From NCBI RefSeq assembly GCF_009914755.1, contig NC_060927.1: DNA of 64,000 nucleotides; one strand, 5' to 3'. The notes under the pieces are model-generated. The model was not told where the DNA came from and ran no database searches. It was given only the letters and a program-made list of their open reading frames with translations. This DNA is from the human T2T-CHM13v2.0 reference genome, Homo sapiens. The stretch's first letter is position 1. Every line of letters begins with the position of its first letter. Shown here one piece after another: positions 25,761 to 46,020 of the stretch. Made by a program: the position numbers and the translations under genes.

Positions 25761-27064
25761 TGATGTCTCTTTTCAATTAATACTGCTTGATCAGGTGACT
25801 GGGAAAGGCCATATGGGAACTTTCTAAGATGCAGTAAATGTTTCTCATTTGACCTGGATTATAGTTACACAAATGTATACACCTGTAAAAACTTGTCCAG
25901 CTGTTCACTTAATATTTGTGTAAAATAATAAAACTATTCTTTATGAATTACCATATATTGAGGTTAATATATTTAAGGGTATTTATTTCATGTGGCGTGA
26001 ATCCAGCAGTGGTAACATGTTCAAAGTTAAGTCTCATAGAGAGCCTCTGTCACTTAGTACTTAGAAATGGCCTCACTGTGCACAGTGAAGAATTAATGTC
26101 CCAAAAGACAGCTTTATTGACATAAAACACTAGAAATTGAATATGTATTCTGTCTAAATGAGAAGACTAAAAGAGTATTCATATTTTCTCTTAGGAGGAA
26201 CTATTCTGTGAAAATTATTGAGACATATTTGGGACCCATCCCTTGGGGGAAAGTCGTAAGTGGTAACTATCAAGTGATTGGAGTCTTGGCGGAGTGCCAG
26301 AAACAACTTTGAACATGTAGAGGTTGAGGAACATAACAAATTTACATGCTGTGAACAGCCCAAGTGTTAAAATTGAAATTCTGGAATGGCAATCAAAACG
26401 CTTAACTCATTTCCACACCCAGATGTTTTAGGAAAAGTTGAAAAAAACTGAAATAGACAAAGGAGATTCTTGGTTGTTCTGCCTAGTGCTGTTCTGCTTT
26501 CTCTCCACTGTTCATTGTCTTTGAACTATTTTACAAGATTGTAATTATAGAAAATTGATAATAATGCAAATTATTCTTCTTAATAAAAATGTAAGTGAAT
26601 TTTGTCCAGTTAAATGCAATTGATTTTTGGTCTGTGGATAGAGAATATTTTGTATCTATTGAAAATTTGTTTCACCTTTCATGACTACCTGTTTGTGTTA
26701 ATTCAAATAATTCTCTTTGAATTCATTTTTTATGAATTAAATAAAGCATTTGATATATGCCCATTTTATATTTGCATAGGAGTAATGATTACATCTTTTC
26801 TAAAAAAAACTATTGAGGAAGTGAAAGACAAGGCTCTTACATTTTCAGTACTATCAAAATTGTGCTTTGGACCTTTGGGTTTAAAATAGCAGATTAAAGA
26901 TGCATCTGTTTCCTTGTCCTTTTTAATGTCACACGTAAAATCTTATAAGAAGAATGAAAAATAAAATATAAGAATATTATAAGAAGAATGAAAAAAATAA
27001 AAATGGAAGGACTTGTTCTTTTTAAATTAAATATTTTTTCAGAAATAAATGTCCAGGCCCATGA

Positions 27065-27440
<376 letters not shown>

Positions 27441-27569
27441 TAGACTATAAAATGAAAGTGTATATTGCATCTTTTTTCCCATGTCAGGATAAACTTAATT
27501 CCAAACCTAAACATTAAATTTTATATACGCAAAAGAGTAACAGACCAAATATTTCATATGTAATGATGA

Positions 27570-29280
<1,711 letters not shown>

Positions 29281-29449
29281 TTAACCTGTGTGTGTAATTA
29301 TGATACAGTCATATGTCACTTAACCATGGGGATGTGTTCTGAGAAATGTGTCATTATGTGATTTCGTTGTTGTGCTAACATCATAGAGTGGACTTATACA
29401 AATTTAGATGGTATAGACTAATACATGCGTAGGTAATGTGGTATAGCCT

Positions 29450-29803
29450 TGATATGGTTTGGCTGTGTCCACACTCAAATCTTACCTTGAATTGTAGCTT
29501 CCATAATTCCCACGTGTTGTGGGATGGACCCGGTGGAGATAACTGAATCATGGGGGCAGTTTTCCCCATACTGTTATTGTAGTGAATAAGTCTCATGAGA
29601 TCTGATGGTTTTATGAGGGCTTTCCCCTTTCACTTGGCTCTCATTCTCTTTTGCCTGCTGCCATGTAAGATGTCCCTTGCTCTTCCTCCATGATTGTGAG
29701 ACCTCCCCAGCCAAGTGGAACTGTAAGTCCATTAAACCTCTTTTTCATTGTAAATTACCCAGTCTCGGGTATGTCTTTATCATCAGCATGAAAATGGACT
29801 AAT
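29450..29803 (+). mobile_element. THE1 (B/C-type) MaLR solo LTR lacking terminal ACA
   Basis: 'tgatatggtttggctgtgtcc' ... 'cccagtctcgggtatgtctttatcatcagcatgaaaatggactaat'. Confidence 0.93.
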
Positions 29804-29847
29804 GGTAATTGTTGTCTATCTAAACATATCTCAATATAGAAAAGTTA

Positions 29848-30141
<294 letters not shown>

Positions 30142-30764
30142 TTAGCATAAAACATAATAAATGGCACACCTCTATAGTACACTTACCACAAATGGGTCTT
30201 GCAGGGCTCCATTTGTTGTAAGTTGCTCTGGATGAGTCAGTGAGTAAATGTGAAGGCCAAGGACATTCCTGTACACTCCTGTATATTTTATAAACACTGT
30301 ACACTTAGGACACTCTAAATTTATTTAAAATTTTTATTTCAATAATAAATTAACTTTAGTCCACTGTCACTTTTATACTTTATAAATTTTTAAATGGTTA
30401 AAAAATTTGGCTCTTGTAATAGCGCTTAGATTAAAATGCAAACACTGTATAGTTTTACAATTATATTTTCATTTTTATATACTTAATTTATAATATTTTC
30501 CTATTTTTCTTTTTTTAATTTTTTTAAGTATTTTGTTAAAAACTAAGACACAGGCACACATATCAGCCTAGACATACACAGGGTCAAAATCATCAATATC
30601 ACTGTCTTCTGCCTCCATATCTTGTTCCACAGGAAGGTCTTCAGAGGCAGTTAACATGCATAGAGCAGTCATCTCTGCTCATAGCAATGCTTCCTTTTGA
30701 AAAACCTCCTGAAAGACCTACCTAAAACTCTTCTTAAGAAGGTGTGGCCTTTATGGTGGAATGA

Positions 30765-31230
30765 TCCATGTGAATGTTCATTGCAACACTATTCACAATA
30801 GCAAAGACATGACATCAACCTAAATGTCCATCAATGACAGACTGGATAAAGAAAATGTGGTACATGTACACTGGGGAGCACTATGCAGTCATAAAAAGAA
30901 CAAGGTCATGTATTTTGTGGAAACGTGGGTGGAGCTAGAGGCTGTTATCCTTAGCAAACTAGTACAGGAACAGAAAACCAAATAGCACATGTTTTCACTT
31001 ATAAGTTGGAGCTAAATGATGAGAACTCATGAACACAAAGATGAGAACAGAAACAATGGGGTCTGCTTGAGAGTGGAGGATGGGAAGAGGGAAAGGAGCA
31101 GAAAAGATAAATATGGAGTACTGGGCTTAATACCTGAGTGGTGTAATAATATGTACAACAAATGCCTGAGACACAAGTTTACAAATCTTCTCATGTATCC
31201 CAGACCAAAAATGAAAGTTAAAAGATAAAA
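30765..31230 (+). mobile_element. L1 3' end (old L1PA-type)
   Basis: 'cactattcacaatagcaaagacatg', 'ggaacagaaaaccaaat', 'gagctaaatgatgagaactcatgaacacaaaga'. Confidence 0.88.
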
Positions 31231-31559
31231 GGTGTACTCTTCAGAAATATGTTCCTACTGTTTTTCTTGGCTTAATTCTTTTTTTATCATAGATTTGCTT
31301 GTAAACAGATAATGTGCCCTGAATGCTCCTCTCTATTAATGAACATTTTTCAGTGTTGGGCCCGTGTATTCAATTTTTAAGGTGCTTGTTGAGGGCTGCA
31401 AAAGCTTCTGCTAAACTCTTCACTGTGAATTTTCTAGGGGGTTCTTATTTTTCTTTTCCTGCAGTTTCCTTTTCTCTTGCCCTTTAAGCTATGTGTTCCT
31501 GTTCATATATGTGGTCTATTATTGACCAAAGCATCATTACACAGTGCACCATTGCAGTT

Positions 31560-31750
31560 ACTTTTTATTGACTACATACTGTGTGCCATAGATTTTAGCA
31601 AGCACGTGATATGTAATCTTTTCAACAACACTGTTAAAAAGTTATTTCCATTCATATTAAATTTGAGAAAAATTATGTAACTAGACTGAGCCTACTCTGA
31701 TTGTAAGTAGCAAAAGCCAGTCAATTCTCCTAAACCTAGTACTCTCTGCC
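31560..31750 (-). mobile_element. MIR, diverged
   Basis: 'tttattgactacatactgtgtgcca...gtaatcttttcaacaacactgt'. Confidence 0.55.
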
Positions 31751-32603
31751 TTTTGGTTTACTTATTGCTTCATTATACAGATATTCAGTGCATTGAGTTC
31801 TAGGTTGACCTCACTGTTAATATTCAATTCGATTTAGAAAAAGTAAATGGTTTACCCACATCATGGTAACCCAAGCTTCAGTTTTGTGAGATTGTTTGTA
31901 TAGTATACCACCTATATTACAATAATAAAAATATAAAAAGAATAAAAATGTATTGACTACTCATTATGTTACACTAAATAGACAATATATTTTTGTATGC
32001 TTCACTATGATAATTTTGCACCTTTTATTCCTTATAATCCTTTGTCAAAAGATAAAACTTCTAGGTTCATGAAGTTTACATTCCAAATTGGTTCTTCAGT
32101 CAGCATCTGTGACTAACATTGTGACAAATCAACTAAAATTCAAAGGTCAAGATTTCAAGTTGCATTTTTATTACTGTCACCTTACAAAAAAGGGCTTCTG
32201 ATAATTTAGCCTATTGCTCTATTAAGTAAATTTATCTTATAGAAATATTATAGAATTTATTAAAATTCAAGGGGAGCTGGGCTCACGATTAATGCCCTCT
32301 TATTTTGATTATTATGAGGTGGAAAATTAATGTCCTACATGTACTCCCCTATGTGGATAACCAAGTGCTAATGCACTTACTTTGGAAGATATTTGAATTA
32401 CCATTTTTTTACATATATTTATTCAATATTTAAATTTTATATATTTTCCAGCAGAAAAAGATGAAGAATAAGAAATCCTTTATTATTTATTTTTAAAGGG
32501 GAGATTTGTAAGAAGTCAATAATAAAGATTCATGATTTTCATGTAAATTGTTTTCAAAGTCTGGATTCAGAGAAGCAGGCATCTTATAAAAAAAATTTAC
32601 AGA

Positions 32604-32899
32604 GGCCGGGTGCGGTGGCTCACGCCTGTAATCCCAGCACTTTGGGAGCCCGGGGTGGGTGGATCACGAGGTCAGGAGATCAAGATCATCCTGGCTGACA
32701 TGGTGAAACCCCGTCTCTACTAAAAATACAAAAAAATTAGCCAGGCTTGGTGGCGGGTGCCTGTAGTCCCAGCTACTCAGGAGGCTGAGGCAGGAGAATG
32801 GAGTCAACCAGGGAGGTAGAGCTTGCCGTGAGCTGAGATCGCGCCACTGCACTCCAGCCTGGGCGAGACAGCGAGACTCCGTCTCAAAAAAAAAAAAAA
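32604..32899 (+). mobile_element. AluY with perfect TSD
   Basis: 'ggatcacgaggtcaggagatc', 'gagaatgg', 'gagcttgc'; TSD 'aaaaaaaatttacaga' on both sides. Confidence 0.95.
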
Positions 32900-33119
32900 A
32901 AAAAAAATTTACAGAAGTTTGACTTCACAAAATAATCTCTAAATCAAACACTTTTTTTCTATTTGAATATTTCCCCAGCTTCAGCAGACTCACTCGTTTC
33001 TCTAGAATGTCTTCTTGTAAAAACCTGTTGACTGAATCATTTATCATAAATTCTGATTATCATATTTTTCTGCCATTTGCATAAAGTGAAATATTCAATC
33101 CATCTGAGTCTTAGTGCTA

Positions 33120-33220
33120 TCTCTGTAAGAAGAAAATAAGATAAATTTCTCAGTCAGGTAATGAAGATTAAATGAGTTCGCATATGAAAAGTGCTTAGTA
33201 ATATGCCTATCATACTTAGG
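33120..33220 (+). mobile_element. MIR 3' half
   Basis: 'atgaagattaaatgagtt...aagtgcttagtaatatgcctatcata'. Confidence 0.55.
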
Positions 33221-33384
33221 TTAAACTGCGTCCTCATTCAAATATGCAATTTTCTGCCCTTCTTTAATGCCTTTAATGTTCATGCAAGAGACCAAAATAC
33301 GGTGCCCACCTATGTTTTCATTCTCTGAAATAGTATATGTTTTCTAAAACTTATAACACATGGACAGAAAATCATGAATAAAAA

Positions 33385-33530
33385 TAATTGTAACTGATGG
33401 ATATGTCAATTATGTAGATTTAATTATTCCAATTTATATTCATAAATAATAACATCACTCTGTACCATCTAAATATATAAAACTATAAATTTTCAATTTG
33501 CAATTAAAACATTAAAAGTTAAAAAATTAA
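33385..33530 (+). mobile_element. L1MA extreme 3' tail
   Basis: 'tgatggatatgtcaatta...aacatcactctgtacc...aaatatataaaactataa'. Confidence 0.6.
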
Positions 33531-35016
33531 AGAATATATGAGAATGTAATATAGCTATGTCAATGTAATTATTTAAATAATATTGGAAAATATTTGTATA
33601 TATTTAAATAAAGGGCAAAATTTTTATTTTTTTATTGTATCTTGCAGAAACTTACTGCAATAATCAATTTAAAATAATTTTAGATTTCTGTATTCTATAT
33701 TCACCAGAAGCTATACCAATTAAATGTTTGTGTTACTCTCAATTATAAATTCACTCTTTAATACATCTATCAAAATAATCTGCTAATAGAGATTTGTTAA
33801 AAATTACATATTCAAATTATTTGAGAATTATTTATTTAACTTTGTGTATTCAATGATTTTCTAACTGTATTTTCCCCAAATTTGGATGGAAGGTAATATC
33901 TGCACTAAAGTGGATTTTACATTACTCTTTTTGATTACTTATTTTCCTCAGATTGAAGCAATTAATAATTAATAATTTTGCCCATTTTAAAAGCTAAATT
34001 GACTTACCTAATAAACAATATCAGTTTTCTTTCTGAAATAGTTTTGTTTGATTTTTATTCTTCTCTGTGACTAATTTACATTTTAAAAACTTGTACTCAA
34101 TGGAAATAATTAAACAAGCCATTATATTACCATCTGTTGTGCATCACAGTCACGTTTTACTGTGGCTCACTCACAAAATTTGTGTGAAACTGACATATTA
34201 TACTTTAATACAGTCACAATCTGAGAAGATAAAATTACCTGAAATAAAATCACAAAAAGAACATCATTGCTTTTAAACATATCTAATCCTCTTCCAACTA
34301 CGCTATTTTTTATTTCATTTAAAATTGATCATGTTGATAATATAATAGCTAGGAGGATTTTTTAAAAATTTTAAATGGCAATATGTTAAGCAATAGGGAC
34401 ATTCCAAATTTGATTTTTTTAAATTTCTGTTTAATATTTGATGTTTTACTTAGAATATATGAATATGTTTTTAATTTTATAGCTAAGATTTTTCTATCAG
34501 TTAAAAATATATTGTATACTAAACTTTTTTCCCTTCAAGTTGAAGGACTCATGTTTGTATTTGAATATTTTAAATATTATTATAAGATTTTATCATCTGC
34601 TTTGTGAATTGCTTTCAATTTGAATATAAAAATTATGCAAGTAGATTTATAAAGAATCAGTGGTTAAATTATCTGATTACCCAGAAAGATGAAAAATTAG
34701 GCCAGGCTACACAAAAATGGCTATGAACAGAAGTAAGATAGAGGTATATGAGTCTGAAAAGTTGATACTTAATTGAGATAAGGAACTGCTGAAAGAGAGG
34801 AGAATTTTATCTCTATAAGGGGGAAATTACAGCCAGTGTGAAAAAGGTATGATCTATAATTGAGAATGTTTTAGAGGAGTACTTCACAGAGTTGTCCACA
34901 TATGGAAGAAATGTGGCTTCCACTGAGTTCTCCGTAATTATTCAGAGGATAAATAATAATGGCCAGATGAATTTGGCTGGTGGTTTCAAAGAGGCAATTC
35001 ATCTCATTGGGACTGA

Positions 35017-35221
<205 letters not shown>

Positions 35222-35639
35222 AACTCCTCTTTCTTTCTAGTGTAACCAAGAAGGATAAAACTAAGGGCTGTCTTTCATCTCAAAGAGAAAAAAGATAATA
35301 GAAGTTCTCCTGAATCAAATGGGAATAATGTGATTAAACTACATGAAAAATAAAGAATTCAAGAGGTTGGATAAATAGAATAGCCAACAAATATAAAATT
35401 TTACCAGAAGGAGTCAACAACTGATAAAGTTATGAGAAACATCAAATAAATGATAACATTTAAGAAACAAGTAGATATAATGAAAAGCTCTTTTATAAGT
35501 GTCCAAGACAGAGACAGAAAACAGATACAGAAATAAACATTCCTAAGAAATAAAAAAAAAAACTTGAAAATAAGATGACATATTATGTTAAAGTTCCAAA
35601 TAGGATAGATTTTAAAAAACAGTTAAAAACGGTGTCTTG

Positions 35640-36092
35640 AAATTAACTCACATCCTATTACCTAATAAATCATAACTTGATTTCAACAACAAAAAATATA
35701 TAAGACATGTTAAAAAGCAAGGAAAATGCAAGAGGCAGAGGCTAATATCAGGACCACACTCAGACATGACACTAATGTTGGAATTATCAAATAATCTAAT
35801 ATAGCCATGAATAACAAGGTAATGTCTCAGGAACAGACAAATAATGTAAGCAGAGAAATAGAACTCTAAGAAAAAATCAAAAGGAAATGATAGAAATAAA
35901 AAATCTAGTTACAGCAATGAAGAAAGCCTTCAAAGTGGGCATCGGGCAACTGGACATGACCAAGGAAGAGTCAATGAGATTAAAAACAGATCAATGGAAA
36001 CTTCCAAAACGGAAATATAAAAAGAAAAAAAAGAATAATAATACCAAACACAAAAACCCCACAAAATAAAACATCCAAGAGAGATGAGGCAG
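35640..36092 (+). mobile_element. Ancient L1M ORF1-region remnant
   Basis: 'gttggaattatca', 'atgtaagcagagaaatagaactctaagaaaaaatcaaaaggaaatgatagaaataaaaa'; the ORF resembles the ORF1 coiled coil. Confidence 0.7.
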
Positions 36093-41316
<5,224 letters not shown>

Positions 41317-41760
41317 CTTTTGTAAACATTTATGTAATTTTTTTATGTAGGCATAGGTTTCCCATTTTTTGGTTTATATATTAGTAGTGCATTTGTCAGG
41401 GTCTATAATAACTCTATATTTAATCATTTGAGAAACAGTTATAATGTTTTCCAAGGCAGCTGTACTATTTTACAGTCTCACCAGCAGTGTATGAGGGTTT
41501 TAATTTTGCCACATCCTTGCTTAAAATCTTTTTAATTTGGCTTTTGATTCTAGCTATCCTAGTAGGAGTGAAGTGCTATCTCATTGTGGGTTTTGTTTGC
41601 ATTCCTCTGAGACTGATGACGTCAAACACCTTTGTTTGTGTTTACTGGCCATTTCTATACATTCTTTAGAGAAATGTTTATTCCAATTCTTTAGCCACTT
41701 TTAAAATTTGGAAGTTTTAATTACTGAGATATAAAGTAATTTATATATTCCAAATATGTA
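41317..41760 (-). mobile_element. L1MB-type ORF2 C-terminal fragment
   Basis: 'ttttacagtctcaccagcagtgtatgagggtt', 'gctatcctagtaggagtgaagtgctatctcattgtggg'. Confidence 0.8.
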
Positions 41761-41764
41761 AGTG

Positions 41765-42790
41765 TACATAGAGAGTAACAAAGCTAAAAAGGCAACCAGG
41801 GATCATTGGTTATGGCTGATAGAACATGGAGTTCCTAGAAGCTAGATAAATATGGAGTCACTAATATTGCTTGACATGTCCAATGACAACAGCAACGAGA
41901 AAAAAGTTCAAAAGTGAGTGAGAAGCATGCTTTCTTCCACCACACTTGAATACCATAATCCCTCATCCAGTTTGTAGATCAAAGTCATTTCTGAGACATA
42001 GAGACCATATTGTGAATGGGAAATTATGTTCACTTGAAGAAGGAGACAGCAACCATTTGGCAAATACAGACAGTAATCATTACTGCAGTTCTCTCTTAAA
42101 ATGACTACTATTTAGTTACTGAGTAAATTTGCATTGAGTAAAGTTGAACACCCCATTTTTCAAAGACCTTTGGAATTGAGATGTGCACTGACTGTCAAAA
42201 ATGTCACCTAAGAACCAGCTTTGAGATATGCTTGTCTAGTTTTGCAAATTTAGGCTCTGCTAGACTAAAGATTTGGGATATGGGTCATTGAAGAATATGA
42301 GGAGACAGAGTGAAGTTTCTTTGACTTTAACACTGTGGCTGCTGTCTGGTCATTTTTTTGTTTCTCATGCAAGAAGGAAAAAAAACAGGACTACAGTTAC
42401 AGGGGTGATTCTTCTGAATTTTTATGAGGAGATTGGATTGGGAGGAACATGCCTGGAATCCAGAGGAATCACTAGGATATCTTCTTAGGTATTGTGAATA
42501 AGCAATTGTGCAAGTATGCATGATTTAGACATTCACAGATGAAGACCCCTTTATCTTATTGGGCAGACAACCTAGAAGAGTACAAGTGCTGGAAGAATGT
42601 AAGGAGATTTTAAAATAAGCAACAGAATAAGGAGATAGCACCTCACTAGTAGTAGCTTAATAGAACAAGGAATGACTGCCTTAGGACTCTTTGTGATTGG
42701 TCCTAGTTGTGATTGGTTCCCACCAGTGACAGGACAGAGGGACTTACTATACATCACCTGCAGATCTAAACAGTATAAGAAGTGGACCAT
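41765..42790 (+). pseudogene. Decayed ERVL (HERV16-like) internal remnant: gag end/protease-like, then 3' pol/dUTPase-like
   Basis: 'tggctgatagaacatggagttcctagaag', 'cctcatccagttt', 'caggggtgatt...tatgaggagattggatt...tggaatccagagga' resemble remembered ERVL internal sequence. No intact ORF. Confidence 0.55.
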
Positions 42791-43250
42791 ATCAGTAGCT
42801 TTCGTGTCATATCCATATTATCTTAGAATTCTCCATTGGCTGCTTATTGGCTACCCCTGTGCTCTCTGTCTCCAGAGATGCTTTTGATCATTGGTCTATG
42901 CTCTTCTCATACACAAAGCAGAACAGATTTAAGGACTGCCGCCCAGTACCTTGAGAGTAGACCCTCAAACAATTGCATATGGAAGTTAGCTTACAAATTT
43001 TTATTAATAAATAATAACTACTTGGTTATTTATAAATAACCCTCTATCCTCATTTGGAAGTAAGATTCTTGGCATACAATGATGCCAAACAACTGGAGTA
43101 GAGTGAGCTCTAGTTTCCCATGATAATAATTAGCTTAATAACACATCTTAATTGACTTGCTTCTAATTCCCTTGTCAGCTCTCCACACATCACTTAATGT
43201 TTTTATATATCATCCCTCAAAAAAACTACTTGTGTTTACATCTTTGTATG
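42790..43250 (+). mobile_element. LTR16-type ERVL LTR, diverged
   Basis: 'caactggagtagagtgagctctagtttcccat...gcttaataacacatc...aaaactacttgtgtttacatcttt'. Confidence 0.5.
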
Positions 43251-43350
43251 ATAAACCAAGAAACACTGAGAGTCACATGACAAAATATGTGGATATATAA
43301 TTCTATTACACAAGAAACTGAAAGATTGAAAGACAATCTGGCACAGAAGG

Positions 43351-43808
43351 TGTATTGATCAATGTTATATACCAACTTGGCTAGAGTATGGTGGCAGCAT
43401 GTTTGGTCAAACAGTCGTCCAGATATTGCTGCCTGTGATGGTATATTTTAAAAATATGATCGACTTTTAGATTAGCAGATAGTAAAGCAGATTACTCTCC
43501 ATTATGTACGTATATCTCACTCAATCTCTTAAAGACCTTAAGAGCAAAGTTTGAGGTTTCCAGAAGAATAGTTTGGACTCAAGACTACAACATCAACTGT
43601 TTCCTGAGTTTCCAGTCTGCTGGTAGCAAGTCCTGTGGATTCTGGACTTGCCAGTGACCTCTCTTACATACACACGTACACACACATATAAAAAGATAGA
43701 TGTAATATATAATAAAACGTGACATATATAAAAATATAATATACAAATATATATATAAATATAAATATTTATCCCATTCATTCTTTTTCTCTGGAAAACC
43801 CTAATACC
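43351..43808 (+). mobile_element. MLT2 (D-type) ERVL solo LTR with TA-rich tract
   Basis: 'caacttggctag', 'tttggtcaaaca...cagatattgctg', 'gtaaagcagattactctccatta', 'ctcaagactacaacatcaact', 'tctctggaaaaccctaatac'. Confidence 0.88.
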
Positions 43809-44199
43809 TACGGACAGACAAGATCAGAAATATTAGGCTGATTAAACATTGTTAAAAGTTAGTATTTGTAAAACTTAACTAAATGAAATGGCAGTGCCCT
43901 CCTAGATGTGCTACTAGATGAAGGTCCTAAGACCTGCGTTCATGAAGTAAACATGCTACTTAAGATTGTTTTGAGATCCTGCTTATAAAACAAAAGGCTT
44001 GACATTCACCGCAAAACACCTTCTAGTGTTGAAACGAATGTCTGCAGTATCAAATCTGAGCAGTGGAATTAGTGCCTGCTTCATTCGGTATTTTTCAGTA
44101 GACCCAAATTATGACCAATCCTGTGAATGCTCTGTATACACATCTAAAACACGGGCTCCCAAAGTGGTCTAATACCTTAATAATATAATATAGGGAATA

Positions 44200-44300
44200 C
44201 TACCTCTGAAGTCAGGAAGCCTGAATTCTAATTTCATCATTGTTATTGCCTAACTATGTCATCTGGATCCTGCACTAAAGTTCTCTGACTTAGCTTCTCA
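44200..44300 (+). mobile_element. MIR 5' fragment
   Basis: 'ctctgaagtcaggaagcctgaattctaatt...taactatgtcatctgg'. Confidence 0.45.
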
Positions 44301-45282
44301 AAACCAGCGACCTCTGTAATCCCAGCCTTTAGCTATTGTAATAATGAGAATCACTAAGACTTGCAAAAATTTTTAGCTCTAATTATGACTTCTGAAGTTT
44401 CCCAGGTCCTAAATTTGAGAAATTCTGTCACATCTCAAAACAGACACCCACTGTTGCCAGGTAATATATTCAAAACTCATTGAATTATACATTGTCTTCT
44501 GTATGTGTGTGTATATATACACATACTTATATCAAACATATAATCATGCATGTAAACATAAGATACACATATTAATATAAACCTAAAACATGTACATATA
44601 GTCATTAAAAATAATATCCCAGGTAGTTACGGATAGCATCACAATAATAAATATCCAGTTAATACTGTTTGTTTTCCCCTCTTAGTTATTGTTATTTGAT
44701 GGGTTTATAGAGATAGTATATTTTTCACTTTTTAATATGAAACATGCTGATTTTTTAATGCTTATTTGAGATCTGCTCTTTTGTTTAGAAATCCGCAACA
44801 GTACCCATGTTTGCTGTTCTTTGATCTTCTTTGTCTTAGAAGTGTAATCATTTTCATAGCTAAGCAAATACATTCAGCATCTTAAAAAGTTTCCCAAAAG
44901 ATGATGGCTCACACAGCTGTATTCAAAGCACTACAAAAATACGTTGCCTTTTTTTGTGTGTCTAAGTAATGGAACTGCTACAATACAAAAAATGACTAGT
45001 TAATTATAACATAGAATGTTTATATATAATAATTTGACTTGTCCCAAATCACTCTTTTTCAGAGCAGCTGTTAGGAAGACACCTTATTCTCCATCTAACC
45101 TTTCATTTTATAAATACATTTTACATAAAAGGAGGGAATTATCTGTGTGAAGAAAGTGCATTCACTGATAGGAAGGAGGTCACTTCACAAAGTTCCACAA
45201 TCAATTTCACTACTTTCAAAATACTACTTGCTGCCATTGCTGCCATATCCACAACAACTAGTCTCTTTTTTCTCCTTAGTAA

Positions 45283-45626
<344 letters not shown>

Positions 45627-45659
45627 TAGAACCCTTGTTTTTAATTGTATATATTGTAC

Positions 45660-46020
45660 CTGGGGCTAAAAGTCTGCATTTCTCAGCCTCCTTGGCAGCT
45701 GGGTGTGGGCATATGACTAGCAAGAGATAACTAAAAGTGTTTCATGGAACTTCAGGGAATGTTGCTTAAAGAGAGCTGGTGCAGCAGGGAAGGCCTCCTC
45801 TTTACCTGGGTCTTTACCTGTGCCTTTCCTCCTTAGGCCAACAAATGACTCAGACATGAGAGTTGGAGCCCCGGGAGCCACACCAGAGAATGAGGGGAGC
45901 TACAGGATGAAAGTCATGTGTAGGAGAGTGGAAGATGACAGTCTGGGGCCTCTGATAGCCCTGAACTGCTACCTCCAACTTGTTTCTATGTGAGAGAGAA
46001 ATAAAACTTTACATCACTTT
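45660..46020 (+). mobile_element. MaLR LTR (MLT1J-type), partial
   Basis: 'catttctcagcctccttggcagctgggtgtgggcatatgactag', 'cctgaactgctacctcca...atgtgagagagaaataaaact'. Confidence 0.75.
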
